NCBI GenBank assembly: GCA_036679605.1
Contig: JAZDCZ010000398.1
Coordinates: 32,001-96,000, forward strand
Source of the DNA: Gemmatimonadota bacterium
GTDB lineage: Bacteria > Gemmatimonadota > Gemmatimonadetes > Gemmatimonadales > GWC2-71-9
DNA: 64,000 nucleotides
Direction of reading: 5' to 3'
The notes under the pieces: model-generated
What the model was told of the DNA's origin: nothing
Databases searched by the model: none
What the model saw: the letters and a program-made list of their open reading frames with translations, nothing else
Position numbers and translations under genes: made by a program
Shown: piece after piece, positions 40,991-51,551 of the stretch
How positions within the stretch are numbered: position 1 is the first letter of the stretch
Layout of the letters: each line of letters opens with the position of its first letter

Positions 40991-41007
40991 CAGTTGGGCG
41001 TGGCATA

Positions 41008-41048
41008 TAGGGCGTCCGAGATGAGCACCTCGGGCGCCTACGTTTATT
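41008..41048 (+). terminator. Stem-loop between rpsO and pnp (terminator or RNase III site)
   Basis: TAGGGCGTCCGAG...CTCGGGCGCCTA followed by cgTTTATT. Confidence 0.5.
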
Positions 41049-41073
41049 CTCGAGTGCTCTCACAGGAAACAGA

Positions 41074-43179
41074 ATGGTAAAGCATGTAGAACGGTCCTTC
41101 GACGGTCGGACCTACCGAATGGAGACAGGACGCCTGGCAAAGCAAGCCGCCGGCAGCGCAATGGTGCAGTTCGGCGACACCGTAGTTCTTGCTGCAGTCA
41201 CGGTTTCCGATAAAGAAACTCACCTTCCCTTCTTTCCTCTCACTGTCGAATACCGCGAAAAGACCTATGCCGCCGGCAAGATCCCTGGCGGCTTTTTTAA
41301 GCGAGAGGGCAGACCGGCCGAGAACGAGATATTGGCAGGGCGTTTGATAGACAGATCGATCAGACCGCTTTTTCCGGATGGATTCAAGAACGAGATCCAG
41401 ATTTTTGTCTATGTCCTATCGGCAGATCAGGAAAACGATGCCGATGTTCTGGGTCTAACAGCTGCGTCTCTGGCCCTGTCACTGTCCAAGGCACCTTGGA
41501 ATGGCCCTGTAGCGGCGGTACGGGTAGCGCGAGTGGAGGGTAATTGGGTGCTAAACCCGACCTTTGAGCAGCTCGACAGCAGCGATCTGGACCTTGTGGT
41601 GGCAGGGCGTAGTGACTCTCTGATGATGGTTGAGGGCGGCGCGCTCGAAATCAGCGAAGAGGGAGTGGCGGAAGCCTTGGAGTTCGCTCAGTCCGGGATA
41701 GCGGAACTCATCGAGCAACAGAACGAAATCATTCGGGAGGCCGCGGCGCCCAAGATGGAATGGGCCGCTCGTGTACCGGCAGACGAGATAACGAACAGGG
41801 TTAGTGAACTGGCTTCGGCGCGCATCAAAGAGGCTCTCAATCTTTCGGAGAAGTCGGAACGCGCCCAAGCGGTGGCTTCGGTGCGCAGTGACGTGATTGA
41901 ACAGCTCGCCGACATTGATGAAGAAGAGTTGAAAGATGCAAAGAGCGTCTTTGACAAGATCGAGTACGACACGATGCGTCGTCAGGTGCTGGAAGATGGA
42001 GAGCGACTGGATGGGCGTGATTTGGAGACCGTTAGGCAGATCACATGTGAGGTAGGGGTCTTACCGCGGGTGCACGGAACGGCTGTCTTTACTCGAGGTC
42101 AGACGCAGGCGCTCGTTACGGCCACCCTCGGTACCGTGTCTGATGAGCAACGAATTGACAACATCCATCTCAGTCAGGGTACGACCAAGAGTTTTATGCT
42201 CCACTACAACTTCCCGTCGTTTTCCGTCGGTGAGGTGCGACCGATACGTGGAGTCAGCAGGCGTGAGATCGGTCACGGGAATCTGGCAGAGCGTGCGTTG
42301 CAAGCGCTGCTTCCGACGTACGACGAATTTCCCTACACGATCAGAGTCGTTTCCGAGATCCTCGAGTCTAACGGATCGTCTTCCATGGCGACTGTGTGCG
42401 GCGGATCTCTGGCAATGATGGATGCAGGCGTCCCGATCAAAGGCCCGTGTGCCGGAGTCGCGATGGGATTGATCAAAGAGGGTGATAAGGTCGCGGTCTT
42501 GACCGATATACTCGGGGCCGAAGATCACCTTGGCGATATGGATTTCAAGGTTGCCGGCACTAAGGACGGCATTACTTCCATCCAGATGGATATCAAGATC
42601 GAAGGAATATCTCTTGACGTTCTTCGAGACGCGTTACAGAAGGCGAAGAAAGCACGCCTGCACATTCTCGATGTGATGAGTCAGACTTTGTCCGAGGCAA
42701 GGGATACTCTCTCCAAGTACGCTCCTCGGATTATTACGATCCAGATCAAGCCCGAGAAGATCGGTGATATCATCGGTCCCAAAGGAAAAATCATTCGAGG
42801 TATCCAGGAGCAAACTGGAGCGACGATAAACGTCGATGATACGGGCTTGGTGACGGTCTCGGCGTTGGACGGCAAGGCCGGCGAACGAGCGCGTGAAATG
42901 ATCGAGGGGATCGTACAGGAGCCCGAAGTCGGTCGGATCTACGAGGGTGTGGTGAAGAACACGACCCAATTCGGAGCCTTCGTTGAGATCACTCCGGGAG
43001 TCGAAGGTTTGCTGCACATATCGGAGCTGCAGCACGAGCGTACCGACCGCACAGAGGATGTTGTGAACAAGGGTGACGTTGTTAGGGTCAAGTTGCTCGA
43101 AGTGGATTCTCGAGGAAAGATGCGGCTTTCCAGAAAGGCTCTGTTAGACAAGCCGGAAGCCGCACAGACAAGCTCCTAA
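41074..43179 (+). CDS. pnp: Polyribonucleotide nucleotidyltransferase
   Basis: GKIPGGFFKREG, RREIGHG, SNGSSSMA, GDMDFKVAG, KH + S1 domains. Confidence 0.98.
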   Translation: MVKHVERSFDGRTYRMETGRLAKQAAGSAMVQFGDTVVLAAVTVSDKETHLPFFPLTVEYREKTYAAGKIPGGFFKREGRPAENEILAGRLIDRSIRPLFPDGFKNEIQIFVYVLSADQENDADVLGLTAASLALSLSKAPWNGPVAAVRVARVEGNWVLNPTFEQLDSSDLDLVVAGRSDSLMMVEGGALEISEEGVAEALEFAQSGIAELIEQQNEIIREAAAPKMEWAARVPADEITNRVSELASARIKEALNLSEKSERAQAVASVRSDVIEQLADIDEEELKDAKSVFDKIEYDTMRRQVLEDGERLDGRDLETVRQITCEVGVLPRVHGTAVFTRGQTQALVTATLGTVSDEQRIDNIHLSQGTTKSFMLHYNFPSFSVGEVRPIRGVSRREIGHGNLAERALQALLPTYDEFPYTIRVVSEILESNGSSSMATVCGGSLAMMDAGVPIKGPCAGVAMGLIKEGDKVAVLTDILGAEDHLGDMDFKVAGTKDGITSIQMDIKIEGISLDVLRDALQKAKKARLHILDVMSQTLSEARDTLSKYAPRIITIQIKPEKIGDIIGPKGKIIRGIQEQTGATINVDDTGLVTVSALDGKAGERAREMIEGIVQEPEVGRIYEGVVKNTTQFGAFVEITPGVEGLLHISELQHERTDRTEDVVNKGDVVRVKLLEVDSRGKMRLSRKALLDKPEAAQTSS

Positions 43180-43189
43180 GCTTCGAGCA

Positions 43190-44440
43190 ATGCACACTGC
43201 CAAGCTCGACGAACGGATTCATCGCACAGTCGCGGACAACGGTGCAACGGTCATTTCGGAAATGTTACCGGGTGTCCGGTCGGTGGCCGTAGGTATCTGG
43301 GTCACCACAGCCACGGCCCACGAACAGCGCGGCAAGATGGGAGTGTCCCATCTTCTCGAGCACATGGTTTTCAAGGGCACCCAGCGCCGAAGTGCTAAAG
43401 AGATTGCGCTGGAACTCGAGGTGCGTGGTGGATCATTGGATGCGTACACGTCCCGTGATCATACCTCGTACCAGGCAAGGGTGCTCGACGAAGACCTCCC
43501 CAGGGCGCTCGACGTGCTCACCGATTTGGTCCGAAATCCTACCCTCCGTTCCGCAGATCTCGATTTGGAGCGCAAAGTTGTCCTCGAGGAGATCAACTCC
43601 GTCTCAGACACGCCTGACGACATGGTCTTCGAACTGCACTCCGAAACCTTGTGGCCCGATCACCCCTACGGTTTCTCGATACTGGGAACCAAAGAATCTG
43701 TTGGCGGTTTGGAATCCGAAGACCTCAGGGATCTGCACGCAAGCACCTATCATCCGCGACACGTCGTAATAGCTGCGGCCGGCAACGTAAAACACGAGAT
43801 CTTACTAAAACTTCTCGCGAAGTGCGGATGGTTCAATTTTGAGGCGGGACCTGAGCCCAAAAAGATCCCTGCAGTTCCACCGGCTTGCCACACGCAATTG
43901 CGAGTCGAGCGGGATACCGCTCAGGCACACATAGTAATGGGTACCGACACATTCCCGTTTCGAGACGAACGCCGTTATCCGCTGATACTTCTAACCACAG
44001 TGCTGGGCGCTGGGATGTCCAGCACGCTGTTTCAGAGGATTCGCGAAGAACTGGGGCTGGCGTATGCGATCTTCAGCTTTCAGTCATTCTTCAAGGAGAC
44101 GGGAGTGGCGGGGGTGTATGTGGGCACTGATCCGGCTAGAGCTGATCAAGCGCTAGAGGCGATATCAAAGGAGTTGAGTGAGTTGGCGGCGAAGGGGCTC
44201 ACTAACGATCGTCTAGCTGACGCAAAGCAGCAGCTGAAGGGACAGGTGACACTATCTTTGGAGAGTCCGTCTGCGCGGATGTATCGTTTGGCATCGGGCG
44301 CAATTTTCGATCAGGAATATAGGACCATAGACCAGATACTTGCCCGAATAGAAGCTGTGAGCGCGGAACAAGTTGCTGACGTTAGCCAAGAATTTCTGAA
44401 TCCCGATCGCCAGACCGTAGTCTGGCTGGGTCCCAACTAA
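43190..44440 (+). CDS. M16 (pitrilysin) family peptidase
   Basis: HLLEH inverted zincin motif; LFQRIREELGLAY. Confidence 0.94.
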   Translation: MHTAKLDERIHRTVADNGATVISEMLPGVRSVAVGIWVTTATAHEQRGKMGVSHLLEHMVFKGTQRRSAKEIALELEVRGGSLDAYTSRDHTSYQARVLDEDLPRALDVLTDLVRNPTLRSADLDLERKVVLEEINSVSDTPDDMVFELHSETLWPDHPYGFSILGTKESVGGLESEDLRDLHASTYHPRHVVIAAAGNVKHEILLKLLAKCGWFNFEAGPEPKKIPAVPPACHTQLRVERDTAQAHIVMGTDTFPFRDERRYPLILLTTVLGAGMSSTLFQRIREELGLAYAIFSFQSFFKETGVAGVYVGTDPARADQALEAISKELSELAAKGLTNDRLADAKQQLKGQVTLSLESPSARMYRLASGAIFDQEYRTIDQILARIEAVSAEQVADVSQEFLNPDRQTVVWLGPN

Positions 44441-45552
44441 TGGTCATCGGCGTTCCCAAAGAAATAAAGGCGAACGAGAACCGGGTCGCTGTGGTGCCGG
44501 CGGGCGTGGAGATACTGGTGGCCGATGGCCATACAGTATTGGTGCAGCAGACTGCGGGAGAAGGTAGCGGCTTTTCAGATGAGTTGTATACGAAGGTCGG
44601 TGCAACCACTGTGTCTTCCGCAGAGGAGACTTGGTTGCAGTCCGACATGATTGTGAAGGTCAAGGAACCCGTGGAGAGCGAATGGTCGTTCATGCGGGAA
44701 GGCCAAATCGTCTTCACATATTTTCACTTTGCCGCGAGTGAGGTGCTTACGCGGGCGGTGATGGAATCGAAGTGTGTGGCGATCGCGTATGAGACGGTGC
44801 AGTTGCCATCGCGTGAGCTACCACTACTGACTCCCATGAGCGAAGTAGCTGGACGCATGGCAGTCCAGGAAGGTGCGAAGTATCTGGAGCAGCACTATGG
44901 TGGTCGGGGCCTGCTCATGGGAGGTGTGCCGGGAGTCCTGCCTGCAGATGTTGTCATAATAGGCGGTGGGGTGGTGGGAGCTAACGCGGCCAAGATGGCG
45001 TCAGGATTGGGGGCTCATGTGACGTTGTTCGACGTGTCGCTCGAGCGCTTGAGATACCTGTGCGACGTAATGCCGGCGAACGTGGACTTGGTCTACTCGA
45101 ACCGTCTCAACATCCTAGATCAGTTGCCGAAGGCGGATCTGCTGATAGGTGCCGTCCTGCTGCCGGGTGCAAAGGCACCAAAACTGGTCCTGCGCGAGGA
45201 TCTCAAGCTGATGAAGCCAGGCGCGGTTATTGTCGACGTGTCGGTGGATCAAGGCGGTTGCATCGAGACGATCAAGGCGACCACACACGAGCAGCCTACC
45301 TACATGGTAGACGGCGTACTTCACTACGGCGTGGCGAACATGCCCGGAGGGGTGCCTAGGACATCCACCCTAGCGCTTACCAACGCCACTTTGCCATATG
45401 CTCGACACCTGGCCCGAGACGGATGGCGCCAGGCGTGCGGTTGTGACAGTTCGTTGGCACTTGGGCTCAACATAATTGAGGGGAAAGTGGTCTATCCCGG
45501 TGTGGCCCAGGCCTTCGGGTTGGAGCTAGCTAAAGTATCTTTGCAGCACTGA
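44440..45552 (+). CDS. ald: Alanine dehydrogenase
   Basis: GVPKEIKANENRV, PMSEVAGR, VDQGGC, ANMPGGVPRTST. Confidence 0.97.
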   Translation: MVIGVPKEIKANENRVAVVPAGVEILVADGHTVLVQQTAGEGSGFSDELYTKVGATTVSSAEETWLQSDMIVKVKEPVESEWSFMREGQIVFTYFHFAASEVLTRAVMESKCVAIAYETVQLPSRELPLLTPMSEVAGRMAVQEGAKYLEQHYGGRGLLMGGVPGVLPADVVIIGGGVVGANAAKMASGLGAHVTLFDVSLERLRYLCDVMPANVDLVYSNRLNILDQLPKADLLIGAVLLPGAKAPKLVLREDLKLMKPGAVIVDVSVDQGGCIETIKATTHEQPTYMVDGVLHYGVANMPGGVPRTSTLALTNATLPYARHLARDGWRQACGCDSSLALGLNIIEGKVVYPGVAQAFGLELAKVSLQH

Positions 45553-45662
45553 CTGGTAAGTACCTATCTTGTCATAACTTAGAGCATCAGTTATGTTTGG
45601 TCGCCCGAGCTATGGGCAACCGCTGTTGTGTCGGTCCAACAATTTAAACTAGCTGAAAACGG

Positions 45663-46700
45663 ATGCGCTGGCCAAAAATATCTCTAGGCACGCTGCTGCC
45701 GGCCAATGAAATCGCAGTTGACCTGGGCACGTCGAATACACTCATCTACGTGCGTGGAGAGGGAATCGTCCTGAACGAGCCCTCTGTCGTAGCCGTCGAG
45801 AAGGCCACTGCCAAGATCATGGGAATTGGCCTCGAGGCCAAACGCATGCTGGGGCGGACTCCTGATGGCATACAGGCGGTTCGTCCGCTCAAGGACGGGG
45901 TCATCGCCGATTTCGACGTTACCGAGAAGATGCTGCGATATTTTCTCGAGTCGATTATCCAAAAGCGCGTATTCAAGGTCAAGCCCAAGGTCATCGTTTG
46001 CGTACCGAGTGGAATCACCGAGGTGGAAAAGCGTGCCGTGCGAGACAGTGCGCACTCTGCAGGTGCCAAGGAAGTGTACATGGTGGCTGAGCCGATGGCG
46101 GCTGCCATAGGGGTAGGTTTGCCGGTCGAGACGCCGACCGGCAACATGGTCATTGACATCGGCGGGGGAACCACTGAGATCGCGGTAATCGCGCTGTCGG
46201 GAATTGTAAGCGATACCTCCATCAGGACCGGAGGGGACGAACTCGACCAAGCGATCGTTCAGTTCATGCGCAAGAATTACAACCTGCTCATTGGTGAGCC
46301 GACGGCGGAAGCGATAAAAATCCAGATAGCCTCTGCCGCCCCAGTAGACGGTGAGCAGGAGATGGAGGCCAAGGGCCGGGATCTGGTGTCAGGGATTCCA
46401 AAAGTGGTCAGAATCCACTCCAGTGAGATCAGGGAGGCCATTCAGGAGCCGGTCCAGCAGGTAGTGGACGCGGTGCGCCGGGCCCTTGAGATCACACCAC
46501 CGGAACTGGCGAGCGATATAGTCGACAGAGGGATCGTAATGGCCGGAGGTGGTGCGTTGATCCGCGGACTAGACGTCGTCCTGTCCCAGGAGACGTCGCT
46601 TCCAATTAGAGTGGACGAGGATCCTCTGACCTGTGTGGTGCGGGGTACTGGCCGTATCCTCGATGACTATGAGAAGTACCGCTCGGTGCTGACCACCTAG
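45663..46700 (+). CDS. mreB: Rod shape-determining protein MreB
   Basis: DLGTSNT, EPMAAAIG, DIGGGTTE, TPPELASD. Confidence 0.98.
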   Translation: MRWPKISLGTLLPANEIAVDLGTSNTLIYVRGEGIVLNEPSVVAVEKATAKIMGIGLEAKRMLGRTPDGIQAVRPLKDGVIADFDVTEKMLRYFLESIIQKRVFKVKPKVIVCVPSGITEVEKRAVRDSAHSAGAKEVYMVAEPMAAAIGVGLPVETPTGNMVIDIGGGTTEIAVIALSGIVSDTSIRTGGDELDQAIVQFMRKNYNLLIGEPTAEAIKIQIASAAPVDGEQEMEAKGRDLVSGIPKVVRIHSSEIREAIQEPVQQVVDAVRRALEITPPELASDIVDRGIVMAGGGALIRGLDVVLSQETSLPIRVDEDPLTCVVRGTGRILDDYEKYRSVLTT

Positions 46701-46706
46701 GTAGCT

Positions 46707-47558
46707 GTGATCATCGCGCCGGAACGCTTCGCGTCACGCCGCGACACGCTGGCCTTCGCAGTATGTCTAGTTCTCTCGATAGTTGGGCGCCTCGCACCGG
46801 TGGACGTCCAACAGGCCGTGGCAACGGGAATTACCAATACTGTGCTGGTGCCGTTCCTCGCCCTCGAGAATGAGGCGTTGTTGATCAGAACGTCCAGGAC
46901 GAGGGTGGAGGGCCTCGTTGCCCAGAGAGATTCGGCGGCTATAGCTGCGCTGGAGATCTACAGTCTGAGAGAGGACAATGAACGCCTTCGCGAACTCCTG
47001 TCCCTGTCCAGCCGGGTTACGTCAACGCACGTATCCGCACAAGTACTGCGACAAGGCTCGATCGGCGATGGGATGATGTTCGCCCTGTCTGCGGGCAGCG
47101 CAGATGGGGTTCATGAATTGGATCCGGTTATAACTCCCGATGGTTTGTTGGGGGTTGTTTCTAGCGTGCGGACCGCGACGTCGGTGGCGCTGATCTGGAC
47201 GCATCCCGACTTCCGTGCGAGTGCCATGGCCGAGGACGGGTCTATATTTGGGATCGTGGCACCTGGTGGTAGCGAGGGCCCGAGCACTCGCCTCATGGAG
47301 TTGCGCGGCGTGCCATATCGGAACACCGTGCCCATTGGAACTCGCGTGTATACATCGGGTCTGGGCGCCGAAAGGGGCGGTGTGTACCCGCGGGGCATTC
47401 CGTTGGGGACAGTCATAGCCGAGGGGGCCTCCAGTTCTGGTTGGTCCAAGACGTTCATTCTGAGGTCGGCGGTGCATCCTGCATCAGTGTCCCATGTGAT
47501 CATTCTGACCGCTTCGACTCGGAACATCGGGACGGCATTCGGGGCTGACGTGCCGTGA
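46707..47558 (+). CDS. mreC: Rod shape-determining protein MreC
   Basis: TM, coiled coil (DNERLRELL), TSGLG..YPRGIPLG; synteny. Confidence 0.93.
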   Translation: MIIAPERFASRRDTLAFAVCLVLSIVGRLAPVDVQQAVATGITNTVLVPFLALENEALLIRTSRTRVEGLVAQRDSAAIAALEIYSLREDNERLRELLSLSSRVTSTHVSAQVLRQGSIGDGMMFALSAGSADGVHELDPVITPDGLLGVVSSVRTATSVALIWTHPDFRASAMAEDGSIFGIVAPGGSEGPSTRLMELRGVPYRNTVPIGTRVYTSGLGAERGGVYPRGIPLGTVIAEGASSSGWSKTFILRSAVHPASVSHVIILTASTRNIGTAFGADVP

Positions 47559-48061
47559 GACTGGATCGGGATCATCTGCGGATGGGTGGTGTCCTGCTCC
47601 TGCTGGCAGTGCTGCATTTTGGGCTCAGGCCGTTTGCAGGTACTGCCACGATGCAACAGATCGCTCCCGATTTCTTGATGTTGGCGCTTCTGGTGTATGC
47701 CATTCGTGCGAGGCCTGGCCAAGGAGCGATAGCTGGTTTCTTTGTCGGGCTGCTGGCCGACTCGCTATCACCCACTGCGTTTGGGGCGGCTGCCCTGGCC
47801 CACACCGTGATCGGCTACTTTGCCGCTTGGGGCAAGGCGGTTTTTTTTGCCGACAACCTGTTCGTCAACGTGGTGTTCTTTTTTGTGGGAACCTGGGCCC
47901 GTGATATTTTGGTGTTGATGACCGGGCGTCATGTCGACGGCAGTGCGCTTCTCTGGCAGGCCTTGTATTGGTCTCCCCTGACGGCGCTCTCTACTTCTCT
48001 GGCCGGCGCGGTCATACTGTTGGTCTTTCGCAACTGGTTACACATTAGACTTAGCGAATGA
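47555..48061 (+). CDS. mreD: Rod shape-determining protein MreD
   Basis: PDF, GFFVGLLADSL; TM protein; synteny. Confidence 0.9.
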   Translation: MRLDRDHLRMGGVLLLLAVLHFGLRPFAGTATMQQIAPDFLMLALLVYAIRARPGQGAIAGFFVGLLADSLSPTAFGAAALAHTVIGYFAAWGKAVFFADNLFVNVVFFFVGTWARDILVLMTGRHVDGSALLWQALYWSPLTALSTSLAGAVILLVFRNWLHIRLSE

Positions 48062-49926
48062 ACTGGCACCACCCTCACTCAGTAGCCAGGCGCGGCGCGG
48101 CAAGTCGGTGGATTGTATTCGTAGTTTTCGGCGTCCTGTTGGTGGCGTTCTTTAGGGCCCAAGTCCTTCATTCAAGCAGGTACGAACTCGAGTCCGAGGA
48201 AAACCGACTTCGACCGGTGCCATTGCCGGCACCCAGGGCGCTCATAACAGACCGCCATGGTGTGGTATTGGCAGATAACGTTCCAGGGTATTCGATAGCC
48301 ATAATGACGTCGTCTGAGGATTCGTTACGTGCCACTCTAGAAATCCTGGCGAACTACCTAGAACTCGACTCGGCTCGTATCAGGCGGATCATTCGACGCT
48401 TCCGACGTTCCTCATACGAGCCAACCGTGGTACAACGTGACGCGCCGTTCGATCTTGTGTCGGCGCTGGAGGAAAGCAGGGTCAAGATCCCTCGGCTCGT
48501 CATACAGACCGAGCCAAAGCGATGGTATCCCGATAGCAGCGTCGCTGCACACGTGGTTGGTTATGTGGGAGAGATTTCTGAGGGCGAACTGATCTCGAGT
48601 GCCGTACCTGGTGCTCGGAGCGGTACCTTGGTTGGACGGGACGGGCTCGAGCGGACCTATGGCGATCGACTGCGGGGAAAGGACGGGGTGCGGTTCGTCG
48701 AGGTCGACGCGTTGGGCCGGACGGTGCGTGACCTCGTGGATGACGGATCGACCCTCGAGCCGCAGCAGCCAGATACACTTAGAACCACCCTAGATATGGC
48801 CTTGCAAAAGTACGCAGCCAGTGTGTTTCCAAGTGGCTCGCGGGGCGCAGTGATGGCAATGGATCCCCGCAATGGCGACGTCCTTGCCCTCTACTCGTCG
48901 CCGTCTTTCGATCCCAACCTGTTCGTCGGCGGAATGGAACCAGAAGAATGGCAAGCGCTGTCCGGATCGGTCGACGAGCCGCTGTTCAATAGAGCCGTAG
49001 GCGGTCAGTACCCTCCTGCGTCACCGTGGAAGCTGGCAGTGGCGGTGAGCGCGATCAAGCGAGGCATCGTGACGTTGGACAGCAAGATGACCGAACCGTG
49101 TAGGGGAGGATACCAATACGGAAATCGCTATTTCCGCTGCTGGAAACTTGATGGCCACGGTGATATCACGTTGCGGGAGGCGATACAATATTCATGTGAC
49201 GTCTTTTTCTATCAACTCGGACTAAAGCTCGGGTTGGTCAACCTCCTGCACGACGGCGTGGAATTGGGCTTTCGCGAGCGATCGGGCATCGATTTACCGG
49301 GGGAGGCGAGGCCGCAGTTTCCCGGTTCCACCGAGTACTACGATCGGCGGTTCGGACCGCGTGGATGGACCTCTGCGGTGACACTCAATCTTGCAATCGG
49401 TCAGGGTGAAAACGCACAGAGTCTAAGCAACATGCTCAGATTCTATGCCATGCTTGCGAATCCGCGGGGTGAAGCTCCGGAGCCTAGGCTCGTGGTCGGT
49501 GATGGTGGGAAGATCCGCTCGCTCGGTCTTTCACCCAGCGAACTCGACGGTCTACGTGATGCGCTTGTCCAAGTGGTGCAGAGCGGGACTGCCGCACGAT
49601 CTCAGATAGCCGACCTCAAGATCGCGGGCAAAACCGGAACGGCCCAGAACTCGCATGGTCCGGACCATGGTTGGTTTATTGCGTTCGCGCCAGCGGATGA
49701 TCCCGTCATCGTTGTTGGCGCGATCGTTGAGTTTGCCGAGCACGGGACTAGGGTTGCGCCGATGGTGACACGCATCATTGCACACCACATCTTGGGACCA
49801 ACAGCTCCAGAGGTAGATACCAGCGAGTTGGAGCTAGTGTTGCCGGCCGACTCCGCTCCGGAGTCGCGCCCTCTTTTTCCAGACACATCTCTCCTTCGCG
49901 GACGTGATTCGACGCAGTCTAGATAG
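48058..49926 (+). CDS. mrdA: Penicillin-binding protein 2
   Basis: SPWK (SxxK), SCD, KTG. Confidence 0.95.
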   Translation: MNWHHPHSVARRGAASRWIVFVVFGVLLVAFFRAQVLHSSRYELESEENRLRPVPLPAPRALITDRHGVVLADNVPGYSIAIMTSSEDSLRATLEILANYLELDSARIRRIIRRFRRSSYEPTVVQRDAPFDLVSALEESRVKIPRLVIQTEPKRWYPDSSVAAHVVGYVGEISEGELISSAVPGARSGTLVGRDGLERTYGDRLRGKDGVRFVEVDALGRTVRDLVDDGSTLEPQQPDTLRTTLDMALQKYAASVFPSGSRGAVMAMDPRNGDVLALYSSPSFDPNLFVGGMEPEEWQALSGSVDEPLFNRAVGGQYPPASPWKLAVAVSAIKRGIVTLDSKMTEPCRGGYQYGNRYFRCWKLDGHGDITLREAIQYSCDVFFYQLGLKLGLVNLLHDGVELGFRERSGIDLPGEARPQFPGSTEYYDRRFGPRGWTSAVTLNLAIGQGENAQSLSNMLRFYAMLANPRGEAPEPRLVVGDGGKIRSLGLSPSELDGLRDALVQVVQSGTAARSQIADLKIAGKTGTAQNSHGPDHGWFIAFAPADDPVIVVGAIVEFAEHGTRVAPMVTRIIAHHILGPTAPEVDTSELELVLPADSAPESRPLFPDTSLLRGRDSTQSR

Positions 49927-51145
49927 ATCCTTACTGATCACGTCAGGCCTGCTGGTCTTGTCGGGGTTCGCGGCACTCTACTCTGCTGGTCAGACGGATG
50001 TGCCGTCTGCCGTTGCGGATATCTGGCAGAAGCAGCTCGTTTGGCTTCTGGTAGGCACGATTGGCGCAGCGGCGATCTTCAAGGTTTCACCGCGGCTGTT
50101 GGACTGGGCTGCCCCAATTGTCTATGGTGCTTCCCTGCTGCTGTTAGTTGTGACGCTGGTTGTCGGAGTGGGAGCCGGGACAGCGGCAGGCACTAAGTCG
50201 TGGCTCGCGATCGGTGGAATTCGCTTAGGACAGCCGGCGGAACTAGCTAAGCTTGCGACAATTTTGATGCTCGCTCGGCATCTGGGTGGACGGCGCGAGC
50301 CACCGTCGGGGTTATGGGAAGCTGCTCCGGCGGGCTTGATTGTAGCGGCGCCGTTCCTACTCGTTGCCCTGCAGCCTGATCTGGGTAGCGCAATCGTGTT
50401 CTTTGCTATTCTCTTCGGCTCTCTTTTTTGGGCGGGAGTGCGCCCGGCACTGCTGCTGCTGCTGGCATCCCCCATCATCAGCCTGATGCTGGCGTTCTCG
50501 ACGGCTTCCTGGGGTGCGTGGATCGTTTTCATTACGATCTTCGTGATTTGGACACGGCCGTATCTGCTGGATGGGTTAATCGTATGGTTCTCCAACGCAA
50601 TCATGGGACTCGTTGCTTTGGGTCTGTGGGACCAGCTCAGGCCGTACCAACAGAGCCGTCTGCTGTCGTTCCTGAACCCGGAAATAGATCCCCGAGCAAC
50701 GGGCTGGCATATAATCCAATCGAAGATCGCCATTGGGTCCGGTGGTCTCTTCGGTAAGGGGTATATGGAGGGAACTCAGAAACGGCTTGCCTTCCTACCG
50801 GCTCAACATACCGACTTCGTTTTCTCGGTGGTCGGCGAAGAGGTGGGGTTTGTCGGCGTGTTTGTGGCACTAGTGATCTATACCATCTTTCTCATCACAC
50901 TCATCCGCATCGCTTGCAAGGCAACCGATCCTTCTTCGGGTGTCCTGGTGTTTGGCGTCGCCAGCCTGTTCCTCACGCACATTCTCGTTAACGTCGGTAT
51001 GACGGTTGGCGTGATGCCGATCACTGGGATTCCACTGCCGTTCTTTTCTTACGGTGGATCATTCTTTGTCACCTGCTGCGTTGCGATCGGCTTGACGCTC
51101 AGGGTTGCTTGGGACTCGCAGCGTGCCGGTTATTTGAGTGGGTAG
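49904..51145 (+). CDS. rodA: Rod shape-determining protein RodA
   Basis: QPAELAK, QPDLG, LPAQHTDF, PITGIPLPFFSYGGS. Confidence 0.96.
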   Translation: MIRRSLDRSLLITSGLLVLSGFAALYSAGQTDVPSAVADIWQKQLVWLLVGTIGAAAIFKVSPRLLDWAAPIVYGASLLLLVVTLVVGVGAGTAAGTKSWLAIGGIRLGQPAELAKLATILMLARHLGGRREPPSGLWEAAPAGLIVAAPFLLVALQPDLGSAIVFFAILFGSLFWAGVRPALLLLLASPIISLMLAFSTASWGAWIVFITIFVIWTRPYLLDGLIVWFSNAIMGLVALGLWDQLRPYQQSRLLSFLNPEIDPRATGWHIIQSKIAIGSGGLFGKGYMEGTQKRLAFLPAQHTDFVFSVVGEEVGFVGVFVALVIYTIFLITLIRIACKATDPSSGVLVFGVASLFLTHILVNVGMTVGVMPITGIPLPFFSYGGSFFVTCCVAIGLTLRVAWDSQRAGYLSG

Positions 51146-51251
51146 GCTGGCGAGCCGCTTGTCAGCCATGGGTGCGCAGGCGTTGGATGAATGACCGCCG
51201 ACTAGCCTCGTCAGCAGCCAGTGCGCTGTGAAGTTTCCCCCCTCCCGACAG

Positions 51252-51332
51252 CCCATCCCCGTAGAATTCGGCACGGTGTTTGGCTACGACGGGCTCAATC
51301 GTGTGGTAAGGGACACGATGGGTATGATAGAG
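51252..51332 (+). pseudogene. 81-bp fragment of Rhs core
   Basis: 74/81 identical to 56281-56361; same peptide PIPVEFGTVFGYDGLNRVVRDTMGMIE. Confidence 0.9.
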
Positions 51333-51431
51333 GCGGTCAAGAGGCAGCAGCCGACAGCAGGTTGTGCCAGCCAACGTTAGTGGTGGGCTTTGGTCATGAA
51401 GTGCGCTGAGCTAGTCCCAAGAGCAGCTGTG

Positions 51432-51460
51432 TGAACTTGCCCCGGTTTTGTGGACACGGA
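51432..51460. mobile_element. Orphan IS3-family-like terminal inverted repeat
   Basis: TGAACTTGCCCCGGTTTTGTGGACAC resembles TGAAC(C/T)GCCCCGG...GGA(C/G)AC ends of IS3-family elements; no transposase follows. Confidence 0.55.
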
Positions 51461-51474
51461 AGCTAACTCCATCA

Positions 51475-51549
51475 TTCCACCGCATCTCGTATACCGATGC
51501 AGTAGACGACCTTCGAGAAATGGGAGCTGATATCGAGTGGGGCAACGAT
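51475..51549 (+). pseudogene. asnS: Internal fragment of asparaginyl-tRNA synthetase (class IIb)
   Basis: FHRISYTDAVDDLREMGADIEWGND matches the AsnRS F-x-RITY-x-EA...IEWG-x-D segment. Confidence 0.65.
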
Positions 51550-51551
51550 GT

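Noticed and set aside
45555..45582. IHF-like site upstream of mreB
   Set aside because: Departs from WATCAANNNNTTR and no -24/-12 site was found nearby.
51365..51385. CCAAC-GTTAG as an integron attC
   Set aside because: No intervening L boxes or stem, no cassette array and no integrase.
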